Program-made: the position numbers and the translations under genes
Notes under the pieces: generated by a model
The model's database searches: none
Told to the model about the DNA's origin: nothing
Seen by the model: the letters and a program-made list of their open reading frames with translations, nothing else
In this document: piece after piece, positions 1-11,983 of the stretch
Layout of the letters: every line of letters starts with the position of its first letter
How positions within the stretch are numbered: position 1 is the stretch's first letter
Origin: Podospora anserina
Lineage: Eukaryota
Length of the DNA: 64,000 nt
Direction: 5' to 3'
Assembly: GCA_017654855.1 (NCBI GenBank)
Contig: CM030333.1
Location: 4,030,001 to 4,094,000 of the forward strand

Positions 1-937
1 TGCGCCGTCTGGCCGTACATTGCTCGCAATCGGAACCGGGCTTCGGGAACAGAAGCTGATTGACCACAATACAGTGGGTATCAATCTGGTAGCTAGCCAG
101 TTCTTGAATCATACGCTCCGTCTCGTAGAGAGACAAGAACTCTGGAATGCAGACGCAGACGAAGGTGGTGAGGCGCTCGTCCTTGAATTGCTGGTTGACT
201 TCTGAAATGGTGGCGCGAAGGGCTTCGAGCTTTTCCATCATCTCACCGAGGTTCTGACCGTTGGGAAGGGCACCGTTGGCGCCCAGAAGTCCGTTCAGGA
301 CTCCTCCAAACTGACTAGAGAGCTGCGAGATCTTCTTCAGGGCCTTCTCCAGAACAGAAGGGAACTGGAGGAAACGGAGTGTGTGGCCGGTTGGGGCGGT
401 GTCGAAGATGATAGTCTCGTAGGAGAGTGACTTGACCTGCTTCAGGACTTCGGCAAAGGACATGGCTTCATCGATACCGGGAATCTGATAAGAAGTACGG
501 TATTAGCCAGACTGGTTGATATATCACTGACAAACACTCTTATAACTTACCGAGAGGGCAAGGTCCTGCATCATACCCCCCATACCCCCCAAACCTTCAG
601 CGCCCTCACCCTCAGCCTGTCCAGCAAGCAAGTCTTGCATGCTTCCATTTGGATCAATCTCCATGGCGAAGAGATTCTCGAAACCATCTACCTTGCGGGC
701 GTCCTTGCCGAACTTTTGGCTGAAAGCGTCGCTCAGGTTGTGGGCGGGATCGGTCGAGATGAGAAGCACAGAGCGCCTGACCTTGGCCAGCTGGATGGCA
801 AGACTGCACGAGGTTGTCGTCTTGCCCACACCACCCTTTCCACCTACGAAGATCCATCTGAGGCTGCGTTGGTCGAGGATCGACTGGAGCGTGGGCTCCA
901 TAGCATCGTCGTCGGCGTTGATGACTGCGGTCGACAT
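1..937 (-). CDS. get3: ArsA/GET3 ATPase (tail-anchored protein targeting), 3' end beyond window edge
   Basis: P-loop [10 protein letters not shown] and [14 protein letters not shown] in exon 1 (937-551). Intron 550-485 (GTAAGT...CAG). Exon 2 resumes [10 protein letters not shown]...[13 protein letters not shown] and stays open to position 1. Confidence 0.96.
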
Positions 938-2122
938 CTTGGCGATTGTCTACTGAGTGTAGGTAGCGGCGGGAATTCTGGAGAGATTGCGGAATTACGG
1001 TCGTTCAAGAAGAGAGAGAGAAAGAAGGCAAGCTGTGCAAGTGGTGGTCAAGATTGGTCCAAGTTGTCGCGTCCCAAGGGGCTTTGGAAACAGCTGGAAA
1101 CCCACCGTCGGGTGTGGACGTCGCTGGGTCTGGCCTGCCAGCCCGCAACGTCACTGGCTTCGTGGCGGGGCAAGCTCGACCTCGACAGGGGGGGGGGTTC
1201 ATTTGGTGGGGTAATGTCTTGGCATCTGATGGGAGGCATCTTGTCTTGAAGTTCGGAAGGAAGAAATGGAGAAGCAGCTCAGCTTCATGCATCGCTACGA
1301 CGCAAACTGTTTTTTTGGCCCCAAGCTGAAGCTGACGAACTTCCACAACAGGTACACAGCTGAATCTGTTTGTTTACTAAAGCTACCACCTTTGTTGATT
1401 AGCGTGATCATCTCGCCGCCCTCAGGCAGATCAATAGTTGACGGACAGAAGAGCGGTGACTTTTTTGTTTCGCCTGAGCCGCATTTATCATCAGTGTTGT
1501 GGTTCGAGCTCACGGTGAGGCGAGGATACCACCGTTGTGTACAACGTCCTGTCTGTCCTCACCTGGAGGCAATAAAGGAAACAATGCAACACTTTATAGC
1601 CCCGTGCAAAGTATCCAAGCCAGGTAGGTATCCAACTGGTGGCATCCAAGCAGGCGGACAGCGGCAGATACCGACGCTTGTGTCCGGTGGCAGCGGGGCT
1701 GAGAAGCTCTCTGGAGTGGATGTTGAGCATTGGTGCACCCATGTGGCCATCGCATCAGCCCCCAAGAAAGCGCAAGCAAATCCATTCCAGGGGTATTAGT
1801 AGTGTAATGCTTCTTGTCGATCCTTTTCTATATGGTGACTTTCAAGTTTATAAATATCCTCTACCTATCCTCTCTCCATTGTTTCTTTGTCTCTCTCTAT
1901 ACATAGCTCACTCATCACAACAACAACCCCTCCTCTTATCGCTTCTGATAAGCCCATTCCCCCTGCTACACCACCCCACCACCCACTCACTCAGCTTGTA
2001 GCCCACCTCTCAGTGTAAGTCATTGCCTGCCTACTACCCCCTCGTGATACCCTCACTTTTCCCCCCTCCCCCCTCCCTCTCCTCACATCCAATCTAACCA
2101 CCACCCCCCTCAAAGCGCAAAA

Positions 2123-2554
2123 ATGACCGAATCAACAACTACCAAAGACCGCATAACCTGCCACATCCTCGACACAACCCTCGGCCAACCCGCCCGCTCC
2201 GTCCGCGTCTCCCTCTCCCTCCTCTCCACCTCCACCGCCTCCCCCGGCCCCCTGAACCCTCCACCAGTCTTCGAGTCCACCACCGACGAGGACGGCCGCA
2301 TCAAGACCTGGCTCCCCTACTCCTCCGCCACCTCCTCGGGCGAGGTCCCCGTCTACACCCTCGAAGACGTCTTCGGCTCCATCAGGGGCCCCTCCCGCTG
2401 GGTCCTCAAGTTCGACACCGAGTCCTACTTTGGCGGGCCCGACAAGACCTTCTTCCCCGAGGTCAACGTCGTGTTCAACGTGGCCGAGGGGGAGAGGTAT
2501 CATGTCCCGCTGTTGCTGGCGCCGTATAGCTATTCCACTTACCGGGGGAGCTAA
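2123..2554 (+). CDS. 5-hydroxyisourate hydrolase (transthyretin-like protein)
   Basis: ITCHILDTTLGQPA, TDEDGR, FFPEV, YHVPLLLAPYSYSTYRGS; the C-terminal YRGS tetrapeptide is diagnostic of HIUase. Confidence 0.96.
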   Translation: MTESTTTKDRITCHILDTTLGQPARSVRVSLSLLSTSTASPGPLNPPPVFESTTDEDGRIKTWLPYSSATSSGEVPVYTLEDVFGSIRGPSRWVLKFDTESYFGGPDKTFFPEVNVVFNVAEGERYHVPLLLAPYSYSTYRGS

Positions 2555-3300
2555 ATTCCCTCTTTGTTGGAGGGGGAATGATATGAGTGAGAGGGAGTAA
2601 AGGTTGTGGGGGAAAGCATCTTTTTGTCAGCAGCATCATTTTATGTCTGGGCATATATGGGGCATAACAGCAAAGTGTGAGAGCGTCGTTCGTGGTTGCA
2701 TATCTCTGGGTTTATGTAGGGCGAAATTCCAAGGAAAGCATTTTGCCATCTCACTGATGAGATCGAAATATTTCCGGGTTGTGCTTTTGGCCACCACATA
2801 AACGATCAAGCTTCACGTATGAGCACTGGGCAAAAGCACCGGGCAAAGTATGGTTCCAAATCAATGAGTACTGAGATGATGTTCAATTAATGATTCTCCA
2901 ATACGGAGTATTGCGAAAAGCCATGGGTACTAGGTAGGTAATTAGTAGACCACCCAGCAAGTCTCTGCCTCGAGCAGAAGGCCAGGTGATAATCTGCCCA
3001 TATCACCCACTAGAAACACGACATACAGTCTGCATGCTGTCGCTTCCCCTTCGTCTGTTTCTTCTGCGGCGTGTGCTTCTTCTTTGTCGAATTACGCCCA
3101 GCTTTTCCCATGTTTTGTTGATTCCCGTGGTGCTGCTCATGCGGCTCCCTTCCATGTAAATGCATATGCTCAAAATAATTGTTACCGGAACTCCTCGCTC
3201 GTAAAAGAAATGCTGCCCCCGAAGAGGTATCCCTTGCCTTCCCCCCCATATCGAAAGACCAATTGCGAATTTTCCGTCGAACTCCCCGGCTTCTGCTGTT

Positions 3301-3930
3301 CTATCTGTGCAAGAGCCTGTTGATGAGACTGCTCCTGCGACGATGTCGGCGTCCGTCTCTAGGATCCCTGGCTGCGTCTCTTGGATCCTGTTTCACTTGG
3401 CGGGTTGGTGAGTGTGGAGGCGAGCCTGTGCCGTCGGAGGTAGTGACACTATGGCCATCCCGAGACGTCGGTCGGATACCAGCGGGTTGCTCAGCACTGG
3501 GTCGAATAGACCCAAGAGCCATGCGGCCTAGAGTAGCCAGAGCTCCTTCGTCAGAAGAGCCGCTGACTTTGCGGTCATACAGGCTAAGAGATCGACCATA
3601 TGGTCGCTCAGTCTGAACTTGGAAGGACATCCTGTGCCTGATGAGTGCCCTGCCCACATTCACATCGTCTTCCGTTATGCATGCATCAGGACCAATCTTG
3701 GCGTCAGGGTGAGGAAGGGTGGTGTTCCTATCTGTGGGCATCTTGTTAGCGAGTCTGAACAATACAAGGACTTGGGTATTTGATAACTTACTTCCACAGA
3801 ATGTATCGGGGAACCCCGTGTCCCTGATTCGTGTGGAGGTTTGTGATGGGCTTCTGGGAGGCGTAGCCATATCTTCGGATATCGTTGAGAAGCTCGTCGA
3901 AGGAGACTTTCTGAATCTTGGTCTACGCAT
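3301..3930 (-). CDS. Hypothetical protein (about 189 aa after splicing)
   Basis: 209-codon ORF with ATG start containing a canonical 60-nt intron 3791-3732 (GTAAGT...GCTAAC...CAG). No family recognised; true start could be the internal MATPP. Confidence 0.65.
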   Translation of the reverse strand: MRRPRFRKSPSTSFSTISEDMATPPRSPSQTSTRIRDTGFPDTFCGSKLSNTQVLVLFRLANKMPTDRNTTLPHPDAKIGPDACITEDDVNVGRALIRHRMSFQVQTERPYGRSLSLYDRKVSGSSDEGALATLGRMALGSIRPSAEQPAGIRPTSRDGHSVTTSDGTGSPPHSPTRQVKQDPRDAARDPRDGRRHRRRSSLINRLLHR

Positions 3931-6442
3931 CGTGAAGAACGTCTTAGTTGGTGTTTATGTATTCAAGCAAAGAGTGTGCTGATGACGATGCCTAGCCGCC
4001 ACTGTGGGACTGTGTTACTGTGTGGTGCGAAGGTCCGGATATAGCGGGCCGGACGGAAGTGAATGAGTTGATGGGCCAAGAAGGACCCTAGGGGTGTTGA
4101 ACAATGAAGATCAACAAGCAATAGGAAGGGGAAAATAAAAAATTAAATATGAGACAAATGAGGGGATACACCAGGCATTCCCGGAGACAGAGAGTAGAGA
4201 AAAGGAAAAATAAAGACGACTTCGGTCGAGGAGAGCAGATCCTCAAAAGGGGAGGGGGCGAAGGTGCGAGTATGTGGCCGTCGAGGGTTTATCAAGTGAC
4301 CAGCACAAAGAATAGGGCAGTGAAAGCGGTGCGAAACGTTGACCGACATAAAAGGGCCGCCACTTGACGACCGTTGAGAATGGCATTGTTATATGACATG
4401 GGAAATCAGACGAGGCCTTGCCTTGTACGGATTTCCACGGAAAAGACGGAACTGAGCCTAACTTGGCCCGCAGTCCAGACCAGCAACAGATTGTCAAGGC
4501 TGACAACATTTGGTGCTTCTGGGAAGGTTTTCGGTCTCGGGTAGAGGAAGCGAAAGTCAACGAGTGGTTATGAGGCCACTTAGGCTCACCTAGGTTGAGG
4601 TTATTTTGTGGGGCAGCCCCGCGAAGGTGAGCAGAACAGGCGCGCGGCAGGTCGAGAGACGCCGGCCAAGTGCGATCAATCGATTGTTGTTTCGATCTTG
4701 GCCAAACAAAGGCCAGCCTCAATAGGCGGATGACGTTTGTTCTGGAATGGTTGGTGATTGGTCGAAGGCTTCTTCTTTGAGAATTCGGAGAGGATGACAA
4801 AGGGGTGCAAGGTAAAGATAGAAACCACATGGATGGAAAGAAAGGAACAGGAGGCGAGAGATATCATGCCGGGGGAACATGCAGCTTTTGAAAGCCTATT
4901 CCCATCAAGTCGGACCATGACTCTGCGGGGGCAATCAAGCGTCAGCCACTGGGCAGCAGTCCTGCTTGCTGAGAAGGGCAGGCACGGACAGCGGAGAGTG
5001 AATTTCGCCTCGAGCAGGCACATCACGGCTAGAACGGATCACCGTGAGGTGCGGATGCCATGCCCGAAAGAGGGGACTGGAATACCTGCAGTCATGACGA
5101 TTGGCTGCGATGGATACTCGGCAGTATGCAACACGCACGACCGGACTCTGTAGCCTCTGAGTTAGAATGGTGACAGATATCATCTACTACCTCGCTTCTT
5201 GGGAACAACTAGCCAATACTGGAGTGCCAGCGAGCTCGTGTTTTCAAATACCCCACGCTGTGAAATGTTGGGGAAGAAGTCAGTGAGCAGTTTGAGGCCA
5301 GTGTCATCACCCAACTCCGAGAGCGAGGCCCGTCAACGCCCGGCCCTGCAAGCGGCCATGCCGGTCATGAATCCCCAAGCGCCGTACCAGTGTGGGAGGA
5401 ACTGCACGTCACACAAAAGTTGATCGTAGGCCGCATTGGGGCCCGATGACGACCGAGCTCGAGACCTGTACCATACAGCAAGATGTTCACCGCCGTGACC
5501 TGGTCCTGTTCGGCCTAGCATGCATGTTGTGAATGGCCTCAACAGCTGTGAAGTCTGCATGTCTCAGAGCTGGACCTCAAAGGTGGGTGGTTCCGTAAAG
5601 TAATTCGTTCCGGGAGGTCATCCGGGCTGTTCGATCGGCGGTGCTCCGCACTTTAGCTGCCCCGCTGTCTTGGCACACCGAGACATTGCGATCGGATGCG
5701 GGATGATTGCTGCGATGCTTATCTAACTGATGAAGTATTGAGGCTGCGAGAAGGCCATGAAGGTCATGAAGGCGTCTGAAATATCGATATCACATTCCTG
5801 TCCTTGGATTTTCGCAGGATCTCGAGATGGTGTGGGTGTAGGGTAGCGGCGTACTTCCGCCGACCTCCGAACATAATCCTCCGGCCCGTGAGAGCTTCAC
5901 GGAACGCTCCGAGGCTGGGTTCGATATCGGATGAGGTAAATGAGTGGGGCCTTGTCGGTCTGTCCGATGCGCAAGCGCAAAGTATCAAAAGCTGGCTGAT
6001 CCTTGTAAGGCGAGATTGGCGGTATATGCGTGGAAGACTCCGTGAAATGGTCCATATTTCTTCGAGAGAGAAGGGAACACAGAGTTGAGAAGTTGCTGGC
6101 TGGAGAGCCATCCAACAGTCAACCGAAGATTTCCCGTATCAAAGTGTAAGTGAACGGGGCGCACTGGCCACCTTGTGGTCCGGCATCCCCTGTCAAACTC
6201 ACCCCTACGCTAAATCTTAAGGCGATGTGGCAGATTTGGTAAGGCGAAGCTGGCAGCTCTCTCCAGGTGGCCTTCCAGCAGTCCGTTCTCCAAATTGCCT
6301 GTACACCACGCGACAATTCAGCAGACGACCGAATTGCCCAACGACATTTTTTTCCCTTTCCTCGCCGGCACGCACGCAACCATCAATCAATTGATCTTAA
6401 CTCTTTTTTAATTCATTTTTCACCCACACACAAACCGCCACA

Positions 6443-6769
6443 ATGTCCGACCAAGTGCAAGAAATCCTCGACGTCCCTCGCGAGTTCCTCAAGGACGGCA
6501 TCCAGTTCATCCACAAGGCCCAGAAGCGTCTGTCTATGCCTTGTCTCTTAGCCGGGGTGTCACCATGCTAACTATTGAACAGCCGACCAGAAGGAGTTCC
6601 TCAAGATCTCGCAAGCCGTTGGCGTCGGTTTCCTCAGTACGTCCGGTCTAGTTACAGCTACCAATACCGAATACAGTTGACTAACAGTTATGCAGTCATG
6701 GGCGCCGTCGGCTACTTCGTCAAGCTCATCCACGTTCCCCTTAACAACATCCTCGTCGGTGGCGCGTAA
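6443..6769 (+). CDS. sss1: Sec61 translocon gamma subunit
   Basis: Three exons splice to [70 protein letters not shown]. Introns GTCTGT...GCTAAC...CAG and GTACGT...ACTAAC...CAG. Confidence 0.97.
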
Positions 6770-7141
6770 ATCTGCTTTTTCGAACGGGAGATGATTGGCC
6801 GGGAGAAGGGAAGGACACGAACGACAGAGACGAGATACCAATAAACCGAATCACCGGGGACCGGGATCGAGTCCAGTGCAACGATACGTAATCAAGACGC
6901 GATGCATTCACGGCGGGAGCAGTCATGATACCACACATGATTGGGGACATGCGAGATAGGGACAGGGCGGGCGCAAAGATATCCATACATATTTCATCAG
7001 GTGTTTCGGCGGGCGATGGCGGCGGAACAAAACACTCAATAAAACCTTTCTGGTCATTAATGATTTTGCTCTAGCTAAGGATGCAATGTAGGGGCGCAAT
7101 TGTACAAAAGTTTCTCAATGCAAGATCGAAACAGGGATCTA

Positions 7142-8286
7142 TCATGGTTTCGCGAACCCCATGACAGCATACCGGAAGCTGCCATTGGCATACCCTCGCC
7201 TCATGGCACGGAATGCTTGCAAAAAGGCAATGCCATCTCTGCCTTGGCTGAAAGCAAACGCCCACAAGGACGGGTTCTGGATCAACGACCAAGAAATATC
7301 CCTACACCAATGTGTTAGCAACCAACCTCCTCGAGACTATTCTGTTCAGGAAACTTACCATGTCTTCTTCACCTCCTGACTGATATCCTTCGGTCCCCCC
7401 ACAAACTCCAGCCCGACCTCCTTCGCAAACTGCACATATCCATTCACCGTGCACATTGGCGGCAGCAGCATCCCATCCTCAATCGGCTTAATATCCGCAT
7501 CAAACTGCTCCTGCGTCAAGCCCTCATCCTTGAACCAATCCGCCAGCACCAGTTTCCCGCCTGGTTTCAACACATCAAACGCATTCCTGAAAAAGAGATC
7601 CTTCTTGGGGAAGTGAGAGAGCGCTTCTGAGATCCAGACAATGTCGAACTTGTCGTCCGGGCCGGTGAAGTAGCTCCCGAGGGTTTCGGCGTCGAGCTCG
7701 ATGAAGCGGACTTTTCCGGGGCCGAGGGGGATGTACTCCCCGTCTGGGTACTGCTTGCTGCTGCTATCGGAGAGCTTTTTGGCGCTTTGGACCTGCTTGC
7801 TGGAGATGGTGATGCCCGTCACGTGGGCGGCTAGCTCGCGGGCGAGGAAGCGGGAGGTGCCGCCTATTCCGCAGCCTACGTCGAGTATCTTGAGGGGTGG
7901 TGAGGTTGGGGCGGGGGAGGTGTGGATTTGTGAGGTTTCTAGGAGGAGGCGGATGAGGTTGATTTGGGCTTCTTCTTTTGGGAGGTCGGGGGAGGAGGGG
8001 GGCCAGTATCCGTGGTGGATGTGTTCGCCCCTGGGGGGGTTTGTTAGTGAGTGTCGTGACAATGTAAGTAAGGTATTTATAAGCTGGAGATGTACCAGAG
8101 GTTCAAGTAGTAGTCGCTTGCTAGGTCGTAGTGAAGCTTGATACGGTCTTTGAGCTCCTGCATGGTTGTGTGGGCAAGTCCGAGAGGGGTGTCATATTGC
8201 TTGCTGAGAGGGGTCGTCTCCTGCTCACTTGATTTTCCCTCACCAGTGATGTTGGTTGGCTTCTGGGTTTCGGGAGCGGCACTCAT
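7142..8286 (-). CDS. SAM-dependent methyltransferase, gamma-tocopherol/sterol methyltransferase-like
   Basis: Exons 8286-8096, 8030-7359, 7301-7142. Motifs HYD...LWGEHIHHGYW, ILDVGCGIGG (SAM motif I), FDIVWISEALSHF, LKPGGKLVLADW. Substrate not determinable. Confidence 0.9.
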
Positions 8287-8760
8287 GGTGATGGCTTGGC
8301 GCAGTGAAGCTGTGTAAGTCAATTGGTGAACCAAAAGATCGGGATACGGATTCAAGACGTCAACTGTTGCAGAAAGGCGGGAAAGTAAACAATCGAGGCC
8401 GGAGAGGTTCACGGATTAAAGTTCAATCAAAAGCCACGTCGCATGTCTTCACCCAATAAATCAACGTCATGACGCCCTGAGTTCGCATCCCGTTTCCGGG
8501 ACATGTGCAAGCAAGCAAGACAATGTAGGCAAGTGGAGCAGATGTCGTGGTCGTCATTGGCCCACCCAGATTCCGGATTACATTGTCCATGGTCCCAAGT
8601 GGCTTTCTTCAGATTGCCTTGGTTGGTGTCTTATTCTGCTCAAGCTCTCGAGATGATTCAAAGAAAAGGGTTCGTACTTGTCCTCCCCAGCGAAGCAAAA
8701 CTTGTCCTTCAACCGCCCGAGTACAGGAAAGAACAAGAGGACAAAAATACAAAATTAAAT

Positions 8761-8878
8761 TGACTCGAGCGCGATTCGAACGCGCGCCTCTTTCGAGACT
8801 AGAATGCACCTGCCATGCTGATAGGAAGATATTGAGATATCTTGAGTCTAGCGCCTTAGACCGCTCGGCCATCGAGCC
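8761..8878 (-). tRNA. tRNA-Leu(CAA) with 36-nt intron
   Basis: Acceptor stem GGCTCGA/TCGAGTC-A, D arm TGGCCGAGCGGTCTAAGGC, anticodon stem CTAGA/TCTAG with CT-CAA-G then intron, long variable arm CTCGAAAGAG, T loop GTTCGAAT. Confidence 0.96.
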
Positions 8879-9995
8879 ATGTTATTGATGAATGTCGGTG
8901 ATGGAGTTTCGCCATATGATGAGCCTATTGTTGAACCATCTTTTTTATCACATTTTCATCTTCATCCATATAAGCGGAATCCGATCTTGTTAGCAAACAA
9001 ATCCGAAGGCAACGGAGCGAGCTTGATTTTCGGCTGACAACACCCCGCACCGTTCCGGAGCAGCTTAGCCCGACTGCTTGGGCAAGATTAGCAGTCACAG
9101 GGCGAAGCACCGCAAGTAAAACGTCTCTCTTGAATAAGTCAAGAATCCTTAGCTGAGTATTTATTTGTGGAAGTGCTTAGGCTTTGTGCAGGCCTTTTGC
9201 GGTGTATCTCTCTTGCTTCACGGTCTGTGATTCTAGCTTGATGAGAGGTTCCTTCTGGAACTTCACACCAGTGCGTATCTACGATGATGCGAAAGGCTAC
9301 AAGAACATTTGCATTTTCATCGACTTTTCAGGATTGCTAGTAAGATAATGTCATCCAGTGCAAGAGAGAACCCAAACAGGATGACTCGGCCGGGACGCGC
9401 CTCGTGAGCTCGGAAGAGCAACCTATTATATGGTCCCGATTCTTGTTACCCGTAGTGGTGAAGACGGAGCACCCAGGTAAGTCGCTCGAGATACGGCTAA
9501 GGAACTTACTCCTCGGCCTTACATTTGACCAAACTGTCCAGCAAGGATTGACAGTCGACATGCCGGAGACATCACAATGGTCACAGCACACAGAGCGAGG
9601 AGCTCTCACAGCCACCGCAACCCTTGCTGGACGCAGCACTCATACGGCCGATAATCTCAGAGTAGGCTATGCGTTTACTACTATCGGCCGCTCGTTGAGC
9701 AGAGCTAACAATGCCCCCCTATTCTGATTGCTCCTGGCCTCGGACTTGGAGCGTTCAATGATCCACGAGGCTGGTGACAAAACAAAGGCGATGGCGATGC
9801 GGTTGTCCAATTTCTGGATGAACTCTTCATCGTGCCAGGTAGGCCTTGAGAAGATCACTAGGTATATAAGGTGTGAAGCTCCCAGGTCAAATCCCCTTTC
9901 TGTCCATCATCACCACCACAGTCTCAACATCACCTCCAGACCAGCTCACACATCACACACTATTCCACTCTTAAACAACCAACCAACCTTTCAAA

Positions 9996-10502
9996 ATGCA
10001 GTTAACAACCCTCTTCATGACCCTCTCCGCTGCTGCCGGCCTCGCCCTTGCCGCCCCTACTTCTGGCACCAACCTTGACACCTGCCAGCGTATCCAGTCC
10101 GATCTCCAGGGAATGAACGTTACCTACCGCCCCGATATGATCCACCTCCACCGCTCGAGCAATGCCTCTTTCAACGTCCCCGCCAACGCCCGTGGTCCCT
10201 GCTCTCTTATTGCGGCCTTTCCGGCCGACTATTCGATTAGAGACTCCTCGGTTGAGCAAGGCGACAACCCCATTGCTGTCAACGTCACCGACGTTGATGG
10301 TCCTAACCCCGACTCCCTCGTTGGTACCGTTCGCTTCCCTTCTGCCTTGCCTGGTCCGACGACTAAGGAGGCAGTCAAGATCACCATCAACAGTTTTGCC
10401 TGCAGGGAGAAGATGACTTACCATTTTGAGGCCGCCGAGTTGGGTTCGGTTCAGTTCAAGAACACGGCGGATGCTGGGCTCTTCATTGAATATAGCTGCT
10501 AA
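9996..10502 (+). CDS. Small secreted protein, possibly But2 C-terminal domain-like
   Basis: Signal peptide MQLTTLFMTLSAAAGLALAAP, 4 Cys, FNVP...CSLIAAFP and terminal GLFIEYSC pattern; TATATAA at 9863. Family call is from memory of the motif, not a search. Confidence 0.8.
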   Translation: MQLTTLFMTLSAAAGLALAAPTSGTNLDTCQRIQSDLQGMNVTYRPDMIHLHRSSNASFNVPANARGPCSLIAAFPADYSIRDSSVEQGDNPIAVNVTDVDGPNPDSLVGTVRFPSALPGPTTKEAVKITINSFACREKMTYHFEAAELGSVQFKNTADAGLFIEYSC

Positions 10503-11469
10503 GCAACCACTTATTGTGATGAGGACGTTGGTGATTTGGGGTTTGTGGGTAATCGGGAATATGGCGTGCATCCTTTTTACCAGCTTTGGGGGCCACATTT
10601 AAATGGAAGCTCAGCGGCATGGGGGTATCTCAGGGGGGTTAGAGATTCAGACGCTCCCTGTTCTTTGATAGACAGCAATGGGATTTTATTAGTGAACTTT
10701 GAAACATGAGGACATTGTCAGATGATAGTGATTTGTAGAATGAGGGTCGCATATTTGTGAACTGTCCAAGCGTACCTATGCACTCTTTAGTTAATTCCCT
10801 CCCAGGTCTCGGGGCGCAATCACAAGGGTTTCCCTTTTTTCAGGCACCCAGGCCAGAAGAAAAAAGTGATGTATTGATGGTGGTCTGGAAAAACTACCAA
10901 ATGGAGCAAAACGGCCACGAAAACCCACAAATCACTTAAACCACACAACTACATCCTATGGGGCCTAAGCTTTAGGAGCAACCTGGCCTGACCTGACTGA
11001 ACGCTTACGGGGGGCAACTCATCTCATCTTTGTATAACTCCTTACCAAAGGCATACGCCGCCTAAGCTGCTTAGATCCACGACCAACAAGAGGGAGGAAC
11101 GTCACTACCGCTAACACTATCATACACAACATCCACACGGCCGACTAGCCCAGAAATGTTCTCCGGATAGTCCGCCATGCTCTTAATCCCATTGTCCTCG
11201 ACCTCGCACTTGGAGCACTCGACTACCAACGAGCTGTGGAGCAACAAAGGCGGTGATGTCCTTGCTCAACCTTCGGATGAACTCTCCATCATGCCAGTTA
11301 GACCTTAGAGGATATGTCTATAAGATACCGGTTCTCCCCTAAAACAAGTCTCATCTCTATTTCACATCATCACAGCCTCAAGCCTCTCTTACCTTACACT
11401 TTTAACTGCGACCTCGGCCGGCGCCTACACTCAAATTGAAAGTCGGACCACCTTCTTGCACCCTTCAAG

Positions 11470-11983
11470 ATGCATTTCTCAACCCTCTTCATCACCCTGT
11501 CAGCCGCTGCCGGCCTCTCCCCTTGCGGCCCCCACCTCTCATACCGACCAATCCACTTGCCAGCGTGTGAAGTCGGAATCGTACAAGGTCCACATCGCCA
11601 CCCACTCCAATGAACCCGTGGAACCCGAAGTCTTGACTTTCTCCCTCCCCGACGGTACCCACGGCACCTGCTCTCTCATCGCCGACTTCCCGGCCGGCTA
11701 TCCGATTATCGACTCTGGCGTTGAGGATGGCCGTAGCCCCCTTCCCATCAATGTGGTTGATTTCCACTCTAACGAACACGGCGTCAAAGTTAGCCCCGTC
11801 GTCGGTACATTCCGGATTCCTTCCGCCCTGCCCGACAAGAAGACCACAAAAGCGGTCAAATTGACCATCGCCAGTTTTCCTTGCGAGTGAATAAGGCTGT
11901 TTATAATCGAGATTGCGGCCATAGGTCTGGTCGCCTTCGAGCTGAATGACAAGAGCGGGCTGTTTGTTGAGTATGGTTGTTAA
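11470..11983 (+). pseudogene. Disabled tandem paralog of the 9996-10502 secreted-protein gene
   Basis: MHFSTLFITLSAAAGLS, then one extra C in the run 11519-11522, then LAAPTS...TCQR...CSLIADFPAGY...AVKLTIASFPCE, in-frame TGA 11888-11890, continuing ...GLFVEYGC-TAA. Colinear with the intact copy. Confidence 0.88.

Noticed and set aside
635..1799. ORFs of 204 aa and 177 aa near get3
   Set aside because: Antisense shadow of get3 or promoter-region ORFs with non-ATG starts and no recognisable motif.
4143..6379. Several 70-195 aa ORFs between the hypothetical gene and sss1
   Set aside because: No family motifs, codon bias or consistent intron structure that I could support.
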